Made by a program: the position numbers and the translations under genes
The notes under the pieces: model-generated
Seen by the model: only the letters and a program-made list of their open reading frames with translations
What the model was told of the DNA's origin: nothing
Databases searched by the model: none
Assembly (NCBI GenBank): GCA_000091205.1
Contig: AP006486.2
Length of the DNA stretch: 64,000 nucleotides
DNA from: Cyanidioschyzon merolae
Taxonomy: Eukaryota
Direction: 5' to 3' (one strand)
Part shown: positions 31,614-43,164 of the stretch, piece after piece
Numbering within the stretch: position 1 is the first letter of the stretch
How the letters are laid out: every line of letters starts with the position of its first letter

Positions 31614-33284
31614 ATGGTGCTGTCTCTCCTACGGAGAGGGGCTCTGCTCTTCGGTACGAGTGCTGCACTAGTCGGAGCAGCGCTTTCGCCCGTACCGGTG
31701 CACAGCGAAGCCCCAGCGGTGCACGGCATCGAGGAAAGCGCAGCAGACGCTGTCACGTTGTTGAACTGGTCGGCAACCCACGCAGTCCATACAAACGCTC
31801 TGTTCGTACCAGAAAGCGTTGATCAAGTTGAACAGCTTGTTGCGGATCGCCACGCAAAGTCGGAGAAACTGAGACCGCTTGGCAGCGCACTGTCGCCAAA
31901 CGCGTTGGCCTTCGAGGCGGGCGGCATGGTAAGCTTGGCTCTTCTGGATAAGATTTTATGGATAGATGAGAAAAAGGCTCAAGTACGCGTGCAATCGGGT
32001 GCGCGAATCGCGCAAGTGACGAATGAGCTTCGCAAGAGAGGCCTCGTCCTACAGAACTTCGCTTCCATTTCAGAACAGCAAGTGGGTGGCTTTTTTCAGG
32101 TGGGTGCACACGGGACGGGGATCCGTATCCCTCCTGTCGATGAACAGGTGGTATCATTCCGGATAGCGACACCTGCCGTAGGCTCGATAGAAATAAGCAG
32201 CGGTCATCCGTTGTTCGGATTGTTGCGTGTTGGCCTCGGTGCCTTCGGCGTTGTGACCGAGGTCACTCTTCAAGCCACCGCAGCACACAAACTCGTCGAA
32301 TACACAAAGGTGATGACGCACGAAGAGCTGCGAGATAGGCATGAAGAGTTACTAAGTCAACACCAGCATGTGCGCTATATGTGGATACCGTACACGGACT
32401 CTGTGGTCGTTGTCTACTCGGACCCGCTAGAACGTGCCTCTGCGCCAAACAGTGCGGATATGCAGCACCTTACGAACGATTACAAACTGGCACCATTGCG
32501 TGAGTTGTTACTCGCGAGCGCTGGAAACAGACTGTCGCCACAAGAAGTACAGAGAATGTCTTTTGCGGAGATGCGGGACTACCTGATTGCGAGAGACCCC
32601 TTGAATACCGAGTGGATTCGGCGAGTGAATCAGGCCGAGGCAGCGTTTTGGAAACGCAGTGAAGGCATACGCATCGATTGGAGCGATAGAATTCTGGGCT
32701 TTGACTGTGGCGGCCACCAATGGGTAAGTGAAGTCGCTTTTCATGCACCGCTTGGCCAGCGTCGTGATCTCGAATACATGACGAAGCTGTTGCGCCTCAT
32801 TCAAGATCACCAAATACCAGCACCGGCACCAATCGAACAGCGCTGGACCTCGGGAAGCGGATCTCTGATGAGTCCTGTCTACCGGGGACCGGATACGCTC
32901 CCGCCGGATCAAGACGTTTACTCGTGGGTTGGGATTATCATGTATTTACCGACAGATGATGAGGCTGCGCGTCAAAGTATAACCAGGGAATTCTGGCGAT
33001 ACCGGCACCTATGTGCAAAGTTATGGGAAGCGTACGATGCCGCCGAGCACTGGGCCAAGATTGAAATCCCCAGTCCATCGTATATGGGATCAGAGGACGC
33101 ACTCCGATACAAAAACTTCATTTTGAAAAGAGTTCGGGAGAAGTATCCATTGGACAACTTTGGACGCGCGCATAGGATGTTGGACCCTAACCGCATCATG
33201 ACGAATGCTTTCATCGATGAGGTATTGCTCGATAATGTGGAACCATCGAAAGAATCGAACGTTTCGCAGGACCGCGTTATCTGA
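31614..33284 (+). CDS. GLDH: L-galactono-1,4-lactone dehydrogenase (plant-type ascorbate biosynthesis; FAD-binding and ALO domains)
   Basis: Long co-linear blocks match plant GLDH: NWSATHAVHT, RPLGSALSPN, GGMVSLALLDKIL, LQNFASISEQQVGGFFQVGAHGTG, PPVDEQVVSF, VTEVTLQ, YMWIPYTDSVVVV, AEHWAKIE. An N-terminal presequence is present. Confidence 0.9.
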   Translation: MVLSLLRRGALLFGTSAALVGAALSPVPVHSEAPAVHGIEESAADAVTLLNWSATHAVHTNALFVPESVDQVEQLVADRHAKSEKLRPLGSALSPNALAFEAGGMVSLALLDKILWIDEKKAQVRVQSGARIAQVTNELRKRGLVLQNFASISEQQVGGFFQVGAHGTGIRIPPVDEQVVSFRIATPAVGSIEISSGHPLFGLLRVGLGAFGVVTEVTLQATAAHKLVEYTKVMTHEELRDRHEELLSQHQHVRYMWIPYTDSVVVVYSDPLERASAPNSADMQHLTNDYKLAPLRELLLASAGNRLSPQEVQRMSFAEMRDYLIARDPLNTEWIRRVNQAEAAFWKRSEGIRIDWSDRILGFDCGGHQWVSEVAFHAPLGQRRDLEYMTKLLRLIQDHQIPAPAPIEQRWTSGSGSLMSPVYRGPDTLPPDQDVYSWVGIIMYLPTDDEAARQSITREFWRYRHLCAKLWEAYDAAEHWAKIEIPSPSYMGSEDALRYKNFILKRVREKYPLDNFGRAHRMLDPNRIMTNAFIDEVLLDNVEPSKESNVSQDRVI

Positions 33285-33465
33285 ACGCGCGCCCGACGCT
33301 TTGACCTCAACGTCACAGAGTGCGGTTCTGCGGCGGCCGCTAACACATATGTTCCGACATGGTGCCTAGCGACATACTCAACGGAAAATACCCGGAGCAT
33401 GCAGGACAGCTTGCGACCATCTTGCACAGCGTGGACGCCTTGGAAACTTCAATCCCAGCATACGA

Positions 33466-34038
33466 CTACGGAGATCGGTGAACGTTCGAACGGGAATATA
33501 TGCGGTCAAGGAAACTGTTAATGTGAGAACGCGCAACTGTGTTCACGTCTACGGACTTTCGACCGACGCGGAACTCACCGTTCCGATAATAGTAATGCAG
33601 CCGCGTTCGCTTAATCACGTAGGCATGATTCTGGAACTCGAGAATATCTCCGTTATGGACACGAGGATCGAGCTTGAACTGCCCGAGGTAGTACGGCGGA
33701 GGCGTCGTGACGTAAACATCAAAAGGCAGTTTGTCGCGATTGTCTCGAGGCCACTTTTTTCGGCTGATGACCGCCATTTCTCCAGAAGAGTCCCCACTGT
33801 TACGCGGACCGTTCTCACCAGGCTCTTTTTCTTCAGGAGACGCTGCCAAGGATGCCACAAGCCGCCTCAACACTCCGTTCAGCGTTCGCGCCGGGGCCAC
33901 GCTGGAGAGCCCCGGCTGCACAGGACGACGAGGGCTTTGGCAGTACACGCGCAGCCGCGGACGCGACAGCAAACTAAATGTTTCTACGAACATGAGCCCC
34001 CAGCTTTCGTGACTTTCACCGGAGTAACAACGCTGCAC
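33466..34038 (-). CDS. Hypothetical protein with a Ser/Ala/Arg-rich N-terminus (possible organelle targeting)
   Basis: 190 aa with a well-composed C-terminal region (VYVTTPPPYYLGQFKLDPRVHNGDILEFQNHAYVIKRTRLHYYYRNGEFRVGRK). The overlapping plus-strand ORF 33478..34086 is Arg-rich and less protein-like. Confidence 0.45.
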   Translation of the reverse strand: MQRCYSGESHESWGLMFVETFSLLSRPRLRVYCQSPRRPVQPGLSSVAPARTLNGVLRRLVASLAASPEEKEPGENGPRNSGDSSGEMAVISRKKWPRDNRDKLPFDVYVTTPPPYYLGQFKLDPRVHNGDILEFQNHAYVIKRTRLHYYYRNGEFRVGRKSVDVNTVARSHINSFLDRIYSRSNVHRSP

Positions 34039-36448
34039 GCGACGTTCGGTACGAGTTTCACCACAGCGCCAGCGAGAGCGTGCTGATACGTGTCGCTCCC
34101 TCTCTTGAACAGAAATAATTCAGCAAGTCTCAGGGACAAACGCCTCTTGAAACCAACAGAGCTTTCAAAAAGAATCCAAACCTCCGGGATACCAGGCGAA
34201 GGAGCAAACGTATGTTTTACGGTGCAGGTAGAATATCTGTCAATCGCTGAAGCAGCCTATGCAGCAGGCGCTGCATGTGAAAGCAGAGCGCGCATTTCAC
34301 GTGCATCAGACACGCGTCGATCAGATCGCACGCGCGCACGCGCGCACGCATACGCATGCGCGGGAGGTCGCGCAGCGGACACGTGTACGCTGAACAACTC
34401 CTACAGTCTACGCGTTGACTATCGGCAGCGATCCGGCATCGATGAGGGAGCCTTGAGGAACGTCGTGTCGAGTGCTTGGATTCCGAAGCATGACGCATGA
34501 AGCGCGTCTTCGCTTCATGTTTTCTCGAAGGACCTACAGGCAGCATGGTGATTCCTGCTTGCTTCTTTCGATGATGATTCCGAACGAAGATAAAGGCATT
34601 GTTTCTGGTGCTTGTATATCTTTGGCCAAGTTACGTGTGCATCGCTTGTCCTATACTGGATTGGTTGGAATGCGCAGCAGTAGCAATTGCCTTCGTCAGG
34701 GACGATAGACTGATATGTCCTTCGTAGGGTGCTATTTGCGTCTAGAGGTCTGGATCGTGCACTGCACGGGCCCCTAGCGTCTAGGCGCTCGGGTAGCGAC
34801 AAGTTCGGTCTGCAGGGACCATGACGGGAGCGTCTGACTTCACGAGTTGTCTGCAGCTGCTGCTGGACCTCGGTCAGGTTGTGTATTCTTTAGAACCGTG
34901 CAGATTGGATGATTCATCGACTGTCTGGAAAAAAATTGGTTTTCAGAAGTTTACAAGGCAATCATTGGCGTCGGGCTGAAAATTCAAAGCGTAGCGGAGC
35001 ACGCTGATGAGTCCGATGTCGCAGTTAAGCTCGGGGGCAGCACATGCGTCTTGGAGCCGGTTAGAACTGCTGATACAGGTGATGCGATTGTCCGCAACGA
35101 TCTCTCTGGTGCTTTGATTTGGTTCAAACCCGTATCGCTCCTTTGAATCGCAGAGCTGTGACTCGTGTTCTCGCTGAGGGACTGTCTTTTGAGGCTCAGC
35201 TCCAAATCCATGGGAAATTCAAGTTGAGGCCTCGCACGAGTTCAGCTACGCAGCGTGCTGTATGCGTCGGCTCAGGCGGACATGCCGTCCAGGTGCTGCT
35301 AAGGATCTTCGCCACATGTAATACAAGTCTCGAAACAGGATCTAAATGATAGACAGATTCAATAACCATGCTCATTGTTCCTCAAAAACCGCCTCTATAC
35401 GCAGATCCACTCTCCAGAACACCGTTCTCCCCAAGATATCGCACAGCATTCCGCAGGTGCCCCGCTTGGAAACGATGACACGCAAAACAACGGCTGCATC
35501 GCTTTGTATGCCAAACGGCGAGACTGTGCTACTGGACTTGTGCTGTGGACAGCCAAAGATTCCTCAGTGCATCGCTTGTGCTTGAGAGCGGTACGGAGTG
35601 CTCAAAGCTGCAACGAACGCAGCGGCTAGTTTGCAGCGTCGCTGCTGCTCAGCGCAAACTGCTGGCACACGCCCATTTGCGTCATTTTGGCATATTCTCT
35701 CGATCTGCGTACCTCTATCCATCACCAGAGTCCCCGAAAACTGAAATGTCACAACACTTGATTGAGGCGTGAGCGCGCAACCAGCTACGCAACGAGACGG
35801 GGCTTCTTGCGTGACCTTTCGCACGCGCCTGCAGCTCCGCTATCTTTGAAGCCGCCCATATGCTGCAGGCCGTGTACTGGTGATGTCGAAGCCCATTTAC
35901 AACGACCTCGCGCCACTGGTAAGACGCGGCCGTCGTTCGGTGCCAGCTCTCGAGGCGACCGCCCTGAGCGCTGCGGTGCCAACGTTACCTCCGCGGCGCA
36001 CCTTGAAATGCACAAACTCTCGATCTGCAAGTTAATGAAGACCACCGCTGTTCACCTACCTTCCTTCGTATCAGCACCTGATATAGCACAACACGGTGTG
36101 TGTAGAACAGTCACCAAACGTCAAAAAACTCACATCTGAGATCCGCTGGGAACTGGTGAGCGCACATCCGAGCGCAGCGCTGCGCTATGGATGGGCAAAC
36201 AGGCCGCCTGTATCGATGCAGAATACTTTTGCCTTTGTACTTGGAACAGTGCGTGTGATACAGAGCATCGGCTTGTGTGTGTTGTTCTTGCGTCTGACAC
36301 TGTGGTTGCTGGGCTCTACCAGCACGTAAACACGTCTAACGCTTGATAGTGTTCTGGGTTCTTGAGGACAAGTCTAGCGCTTTTACGACGCAGATCGGAA
36401 GTGCTCGCGCACACCGCAAGTCTCCGGAAGCCAGTGCTACACGGATAA

Positions 36449-39019
36449 ATGTTTCGTTCTGAGGATATTGTTCTACTCCGCGTCTATTTTCAAAGAACAG
36501 CCGCACATGACTGTGTGGAAGAACTTGGACGCCGGGGTCTTGTAGAGTTTCGGGACCTAAACGCGAACACCTCGGCACTGCAGCGAACGTTCGCCGCTGA
36601 GCTCAAGCTGTGCGATGAACTACAGCGGAAACTTCGGTTTCTTTCCGAACAAGCAAATAAATATTTGCCAAGCGAGAAGACGTTTACAACCTTGGCTGCG
36701 CAATCACAACAGCTGATCGAAGCTGGACCTGGGTACAGCCGCGTACAAGCAACGGACACCGTGACGTTGGAGGATCTTAATGGGCAGCTCCGGAGACTTG
36801 AAGCGGATCTTGAGGAAATGAACCTTCACTGGGACGCGCTGCAGAGTGAGCTGATTACCATTCGTGAGCACGGTTACGTTTTGGAGCTCGGAGAAGCCAT
36901 TTTTTCGGAGGCCAGAACACAACGCATATCAGTGTCACAGTACGGGACACTGCCGCTTTTGGAATCCAACGTTCTAACAGGTGAAGACGTCATCTCGGAA
37001 CGTCGCGGACCCCCGGATGATTCCGAATCCGCAGGACAGCGCGTTGAACGAGGTCAAGGCCAGGGTTACACGCCTGTGAACGCAGTGCTTAATGTGTTCG
37101 CGGGTACCATAGCGGCGAAGCATCTGGAAGCATTCTCCCGAATGGTATTCCGTGTCTCGCGAGGGAACTGCTTTCTGAGATGGGTATCAATACCTGAACC
37201 CATCTTTGATATAGAGCGAAATGAGTCTGTGGCGAAGACGGTATTTGTTCTGTTTTTTCCGGGTCAGCATTTGCGATCGAAGCTCACCCGCATCTGCGAA
37301 GGGTTCGGCGCAACGCGCTATCCATTCCCCGACTCAACTGGTGAACGTGATCGCCTGAAAACGGAATTAGTAATCCGGAGACAGGAGCTAGAGGCTATCA
37401 TTGAGACAACACAAAGACAACGAGCTGATGTACTCGGTGAGGTAGCTACAAACGTAACATTCTGGACCGAGAAAGTTGCCAAAGAGAAAGCAATCTACTT
37501 CACACTCGATAAGCTGAATTACGACGTCTCCGAACGGGTTTTCGTAGGCGAGTGTTGGTGCCCCCGAGCGGAGATCGAAGAGGCCCGCGCAGCTATTCAT
37601 ATCGGCGATATCCGCTCGAATGCCCAGGCGCCTTCCATCATGGAAGAGTGCGCTACGGATGAAGCGCCTCCTACTTTCTTCCGATGCAATCGCTTCACTG
37701 CGGTTTGGCAGGATATCGTCGAGGCGTACGGTATTGCTGCCTACAAGGAAATGAATCCGGCTCCGTGGTCCATCGCGACTTTCCCTTTTCTGTTCGCAAT
37801 CATGTTTGGCGATGTTGGGCACGGCATGCTCATGACGGTCGCGGCGCTCTACGTCGTCTTCCGTGAGCGTCAGTGGCGTTATCGCAAGCTTGGAGATCTC
37901 CTGCAAACCATGTACGATGGCCGATATCTGATCCTTATGATGGGTGTATTCTCGATGTTTACCGGTTTGATTTACAATGAGTGCTTTGGTGTGCCGATCA
38001 ATCTATTCGGCTCCACTTGGAAGTGGGTAGACGGTTCCGCGGTCGCTTGTGGGATCGATCACTGCGAGCAGCCCAAGTTGGGAATGCCGCCCAAGAGAAC
38101 CTATCCGTTTGGCTTTGACCCCGCCTGGAAAATAGCCGAGAATAGTCTGACAATGCTGAACTCCTTCAAAATGAAAATGAGTATCGGCTTCGCGGTCGCG
38201 CAGATGACCCTGGGTATCATCTTATCGTACAGCAATGCGAGATACTTTGCGCAGTCGCTTGATATCTGGCATGTGTTTGTGCCGCAGATTCTGTTCTTTT
38301 TAGCTATTTTTGGCTATCTGCTTCTTCTCATCTTCCTGAAATGGTCAACAGACTGGAATGCGCCGGGAGCTTCGTCACCGCCTGACCTCAAGGCGGTGCT
38401 CATTGCCATGTTTATGTCGCCTGGGTCACTGCCACGAAGCCTGCGTCTTTTCCCAGGCCAACATGTGGTTCAGCTTGTGTTGCTCGCTATCGCCATCGTC
38501 ACGGTCCCGTGGATGCTCCTTGCAAAGCCGCTCGTACTTCGACGTCGGATGCGGACGCAACGACCTCATGCATACACGCCACTACACAATGGGGATCGAC
38601 GTGACGCTCCGGCGAACTTGAATAGTTCAGAGGCGGAGAGCAGGAAGGCAGAGCCTCACGAGTCGGTGGGCAATTTTGCGGAAATCTTTGTGAATAACAT
38701 GATTCATACAATCGAGTTCGTCCTCGGTGCAATTTCAAACACCGCGTCTTACCTGCGTCTCTGGGCGCTATCACTCGCACACGCGGAGCTCACGGACGTC
38801 TTTCTTCAGAAAATTCTGTATACTGCGCTGGCTACCGAAAATGTGATTGCTACCATGATTGGATTCGTGCTGTGGTTCGGTCTCACAGTTGGCGTTCTCA
38901 TGCTCATGGAGTCGCTTTCCGCATTCCTGCACGCGCTTCGACTGCACTGGGTTGAATTCCAGAACAAGTTTTACAATATTCATGGTTCTGGTGTGAAATT
39001 TACACCGCTTCGGCTCTGA
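36449..39019 (+). CDS. VHA-a: V-type proton ATPase subunit a (V0 sector, 116 kDa)
   Basis: 856 aa with the characteristic N-terminus MFRSEDIVLLRVYFQ..VEFRDLN. It is co-linear with subunit a, including multiple transmembrane helices and the C-terminal LRLWALSLAHAEL motif. Confidence 0.95.
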   Translation: MFRSEDIVLLRVYFQRTAAHDCVEELGRRGLVEFRDLNANTSALQRTFAAELKLCDELQRKLRFLSEQANKYLPSEKTFTTLAAQSQQLIEAGPGYSRVQATDTVTLEDLNGQLRRLEADLEEMNLHWDALQSELITIREHGYVLELGEAIFSEARTQRISVSQYGTLPLLESNVLTGEDVISERRGPPDDSESAGQRVERGQGQGYTPVNAVLNVFAGTIAAKHLEAFSRMVFRVSRGNCFLRWVSIPEPIFDIERNESVAKTVFVLFFPGQHLRSKLTRICEGFGATRYPFPDSTGERDRLKTELVIRRQELEAIIETTQRQRADVLGEVATNVTFWTEKVAKEKAIYFTLDKLNYDVSERVFVGECWCPRAEIEEARAAIHIGDIRSNAQAPSIMEECATDEAPPTFFRCNRFTAVWQDIVEAYGIAAYKEMNPAPWSIATFPFLFAIMFGDVGHGMLMTVAALYVVFRERQWRYRKLGDLLQTMYDGRYLILMMGVFSMFTGLIYNECFGVPINLFGSTWKWVDGSAVACGIDHCEQPKLGMPPKRTYPFGFDPAWKIAENSLTMLNSFKMKMSIGFAVAQMTLGIILSYSNARYFAQSLDIWHVFVPQILFFLAIFGYLLLLIFLKWSTDWNAPGASSPPDLKAVLIAMFMSPGSLPRSLRLFPGQHVVQLVLLAIAIVTVPWMLLAKPLVLRRRMRTQRPHAYTPLHNGDRRDAPANLNSSEAESRKAEPHESVGNFAEIFVNNMIHTIEFVLGAISNTASYLRLWALSLAHAELTDVFLQKILYTALATENVIATMIGFVLWFGLTVGVLMLMESLSAFLHALRLHWVEFQNKFYNIHGSGVKFTPLRL

Positions 39020-40320
39020 GAGCGTAAACTGCGGGCCTGTAAACATTCAGAGCGACGAGCGGTGAAAGTCCCAGTCGTGGACGCTGCATACCGGAGTGCT
39101 TGGCGCCAGGTGCTTTCCTGTCTGAACGAAGTCGCTGTGAGAAGAAAACATGGTCAGAACCGCGTCCTTGGTATAACATGGAGAGACCCAACAATAATCG
39201 CTGCCGAGAACTTGTCGATGGACAAGTGTCGGAAGCGAGCACACCCTTTCCGGAAGGAAACACGAGTAGCATGCTTTCAAGCTGGTGCCTTTTCCTTCAT
39301 TACGTCGCTTCCGTTCTGTTCGCGCCCCCAGGACGACCGATAGAAACGTAAGAGCTCGTATCTCGCCCTGGAACAGGAAAACCCATCTTGAGACGCCCGA
39401 GCAGCGCTCGATAAAAGGCATGCTTTGTCTCCGCCAATTGAAACGCATCCTCCCCACACATGTAAGAGTGCAAAGCGTCAACGGTTAGGAAAGAGCCATC
39501 TTTGAGTACACAGACGCTTCCGCATTCCATATACAACACAGTTCGGTTTTGTGTGCAGCTGGAAGCAGTACAGCGGGTTCTTCGAATAGCGCCCACGTCA
39601 GCAAGCGTCCCAGGGGCTTACTGCAGGGCAAAGGTTACCATTATGATCAATAAAATGAAGTACAACATTTCACAATCAGGGCGTATGCATATACCTACTC
39701 ATAGACGCCTCCGAGCGTTCTTTGAACAGCCATCTGCTATCTACTTCAGTTTACCCATGCACACGTCGACCATGAAACGTTGCCGCACGAAGTTAAACGG
39801 CGTCAGCGGCGTTTTTCCAGCATTGGGAGTCGGATGCCTGCCTGTAAGCGTCGCACAGGTCGCGGAGGTCTCCCAGCATGTCCTTGTGCACCCCTTTGGG
39901 ATCAGCTCTCTGGAAGGGGCCTGCTGGGTCCGAAATAGACACAGAGTCTTGCCCCTATTCTGGATGGACGATACCTCAAGCTGACGCCCTCAATGGCATC
40001 GCTACGTACTACGCTCTCCGTGTCGCTTCCATGCATGCGCTAGGGACGAACTTTCGAACGCTTACAGCAGGCTCGGCGCCCCGTGGACCGTAGGAAATAG
40101 CCGCTATCTCCGAGAACAAGTACAGGCAATGTCATTTGAAGGTTGGAAGAGCGATGGGCGCTTTTGCGGATCGCTTATATCAGGCTCCGTCGCACATCAC
40201 AGTGCAGTGCACATATGCCGTCAACGGAATCGTGAGAGGATCCGCGTCATTGATGATCATTGATATCTCGTACATTTTGAGAAGATCTGGTACATACGGT
40301 ACGCTAGGTTCTTCGACCCG

Positions 40321-42060
40321 GTGTATTTGTTTCGATGTCTGCTAAGCTTAACAGTCAACACTGATGTGCGCATGATACTGGCGAGGAACTTGCTCCATGT
40401 ACCAAGACCCAGCTTGTACGTTGTCGCAGCGCTGGGAGCGTTTTCGCTCTTCCAAGTTGGTAGCACAGTCGCGAAGTATGCACTATGGTTCTGGAAACAG
40501 AAGCGCGCTGGCCGCCCTGTAAGTCGCGGGCTCCTTGAAGTCGTCACAGCGCTGGGGCCGGTACCGGTTCCGGGTTTCGGCAACGCTCTCTACTTGAGTC
40601 GCGTCGGTTTCTTCCGTGCCCTTTACGAGTCCTGTTTGGAACGCCAGGTCACGGTCTTTTGGCTTAGCAGCACGCCATTGTTGATCGTTTCGGCTCCTGA
40701 TCTGGTGGAACAGGTACTAACGAGTCGCACGTTCGAGAAGCCGCAGTATTTCGGGTATCGTTCCCGCACTGTAAAGACCGCTCTGGAGCTGCACCAAAGG
40801 GCCGAGCTTCTACGTGAAAAAATCGAGACTGCGGACCCAGATCAGCAGCAACGAGTTCGCGAAGACCCGTCGCGGGCGGCTTTGTTGGACTTGATTGACC
40901 GCTCGCTCACTGAAATCGCCTCGAGTACAGAAAAATTTCTCGCAGAGCTACGCGCTGAAGACAACGTGGGGAAAGACGCATCCAAGCTTATTCAACGATT
41001 CTACGTACAGCTTAACTGCAAGGTGCTATTCGGGCTGGTGGTCGATAATGCTGAAGCAACACGCATTGCGTCCGCTATCGAAAAGGCTGGTGCGGAGTTC
41101 AGCAGACGCATGATTTTGCCACAACGAGCCCTTTATGCATGGTTCGCCAACGTAAGCTACATCTACCATACAAGTGTCCTGCTTATCTTCGGGCAGAAGA
41201 TTCTCCGCCATCTGCGGATATCATCAAATTCGTGGATAAATGGCTGGCTTGGTAAAGCAGGTCGGCTGCGAAGGTTGGCGAAAGTGCTCGGCTTATTGAT
41301 GGCGGCTACGCAGACGGTGCCTATCGCTGCTAGCTGGGCACTGATACTGGTAAGCGTCCACGAAGATGTTCGTGAGAAGTTGGCTTGCGAGGCGCGACGA
41401 TTGCTTTCTGAAGATCTCAGTGTGAACGGGGGCAGAGGTGTCGCCCAACAGGGTTCGCAGACCTCGCAGACTACGCCAGCGCAAAAAGCAAACTTGACTG
41501 CATCGGACATTGCCACTGACGTGAATCGTCTATCCAAGCTGTTGAAGAAACATTCCTACTTTGATGCGGTAATTGCCGAAACGCTGCGGCTCTTTCCACC
41601 GTTTCCTTTGATTCAGCGGCAGGCTCAATGTGACACTCACTTGGGCGACGTATTTGTGCCCGGGGGAACCCTCGTGGCGGCTGTTCCCTGGCTTCAGCAC
41701 CATCACCCGGCGTACTGGAAACAGGCAGAATCTTTCAACCCGGAAAGATGGATCAGCCCAACGGATAATGTTGCTCGCCATGGAGATGCACCATCCGACT
41801 ACTGCTACATTCCGTTCGGAAGGGGTCGAAGAATGTGCGCAGGTAATCCGCTCGCGATGGTTGAGCTCAAGTGCCTCCTGTTGCTTGTTGCTTTACAGGA
41901 GCCGGACCTGCTCTTCGACTTGGAACCACAAGAGACGTCTCCTGAGCCTCAGGCTGGGATGCGGTTCCCGCCCCTGACCATGCGCCCGCCACGATTTGCT
42001 GTTCGACAGGAAGAACCGATTCATCGCAAGTTATGCCAGCAAAACTCGAATGAACTTTGA
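40321..42060 (+). CDS. Cytochrome P450 monooxygenase (family unassigned)
   Basis: Heme-binding loop PFGRGRRMCAGNPLAMVELK (FxxGxRxCxG); ExxR in ETLRLFPP; an N-terminal hydrophobic anchor. The start could instead be the ATG at 40369. Confidence 0.85.
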   Translation: MYLFRCLLSLTVNTDVRMILARNLLHVPRPSLYVVAALGAFSLFQVGSTVAKYALWFWKQKRAGRPVSRGLLEVVTALGPVPVPGFGNALYLSRVGFFRALYESCLERQVTVFWLSSTPLLIVSAPDLVEQVLTSRTFEKPQYFGYRSRTVKTALELHQRAELLREKIETADPDQQQRVREDPSRAALLDLIDRSLTEIASSTEKFLAELRAEDNVGKDASKLIQRFYVQLNCKVLFGLVVDNAEATRIASAIEKAGAEFSRRMILPQRALYAWFANVSYIYHTSVLLIFGQKILRHLRISSNSWINGWLGKAGRLRRLAKVLGLLMAATQTVPIAASWALILVSVHEDVREKLACEARRLLSEDLSVNGGRGVAQQGSQTSQTTPAQKANLTASDIATDVNRLSKLLKKHSYFDAVIAETLRLFPPFPLIQRQAQCDTHLGDVFVPGGTLVAAVPWLQHHHPAYWKQAESFNPERWISPTDNVARHGDAPSDYCYIPFGRGRRMCAGNPLAMVELKCLLLLVALQEPDLLFDLEPQETSPEPQAGMRFPPLTMRPPRFAVRQEEPIHRKLCQQNSNEL

Positions 42061-42306
42061 CGGGGCATCCGTAATTCGTTAGGTATGATTCCAATATCTC
42101 CACATTAGACGTCGATATAATAATGTTCTCATTGCGAGCGACTGGCTTCAAGTCGAGACACAGATTGCCGATATAGATTCCATGCGAACGATCCCAAGCG
42201 ATATCAGGTCGCAAAGACGCCTTTGCCATGAGCAAATGCCATGGTTTGTACACCGAATATTCCCGGCCCTTCTCATATGAATAGTGCCCAATCGTGGTGA
42301 TGTTCA

Positions 42307-43164
42307 TCAGAAGCGCAGCTCTCCGTAAATCCCGTAATGGTCAGATGGAAATACAGCATGCCCGAGTCGCTCTCGACCCAAAAGCCGCATGGCGTTCGCT
42401 TGAAAAGGCCTAGTGAAAAGCACTTGGTCGAAACGAGCCCGCGGCCTGAACCGAGGTGGCAACTCCTTGACTTTGTTCGTGTTTGTGCGTGTGTCCCAGG
42501 TGAAACGCAAATGTGAAGGCTCCCCTACCTCAACAAATAGGTCAAAAAGTCGCATCTCTTCTGAGCCGATCGCTTTAGCGATTTCCTTCTCAAATCCTGC
42601 TTTTTCTTTCTCTCGAAAATTGGTATCTCCTGCAAATATTGCCGGGGTATCACCCTCGAGCATCTCATACGCGATTTGCCTCATCTGCTGAACTCGGACT
42701 TCCGAACAGGCAGTTCCGGATTCGAGGTGTGATGTAAGCACTCGAAACTTGAAATCTCCGCACATATCTCTGGGCTCGAGCTGTATTGCGAGCAGACCTC
42801 TTCCCTGTGAAGAGTTTTCAAATTCAGTGTATTCGTATCCGTGAACTCGATACTTGCTTCGGTCAACGAACGCCATCACGAAGTATGCCTGCTCTGAGGG
42901 TAAGCCGAGATCAACAATTGGCTCATATAGAGCCTCAAGACGACGCAAGAGGACCTTGTAACAAGAATCATGCTGACGAGCGGACGTAATCGTCGACTGC
43001 TCTTTCTCGCCCTGCCAAGAGGAGAACGGTAAATCAGAGACTTCTTGAAAAAGCACCACGCCGGGTTTTGCACCCAGGACCTCTTCGGCAATAGCTGTAA
43101 ACCGCTCGTAGTTAAACGGAGAGTCGAAGTCAACGTTCCATGTTACCAGCCGTATATACGACAT
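42307..43164 (-). CDS. TDP2: Tyrosyl-DNA phosphodiesterase 2 (TDP2)-like EEP nuclease
   Basis: 285 aa carrying the TDP2 catalytic motifs: VTWNVDF, VVLFQEV, LTSHLESG, IFAGDTNFRE, TWDTRTNTN, RFDQVLF, FPSDHYGI. Confidence 0.85.
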   Translation of the reverse strand: MSYIRLVTWNVDFDSPFNYERFTAIAEEVLGAKPGVVLFQEVSDLPFSSWQGEKEQSTITSARQHDSCYKVLLRRLEALYEPIVDLGLPSEQAYFVMAFVDRSKYRVHGYEYTEFENSSQGRGLLAIQLEPRDMCGDFKFRVLTSHLESGTACSEVRVQQMRQIAYEMLEGDTPAIFAGDTNFREKEKAGFEKEIAKAIGSEEMRLFDLFVEVGEPSHLRFTWDTRTNTNKVKELPPRFRPRARFDQVLFTRPFQANAMRLLGRERLGHAVFPSDHYGIYGELRF

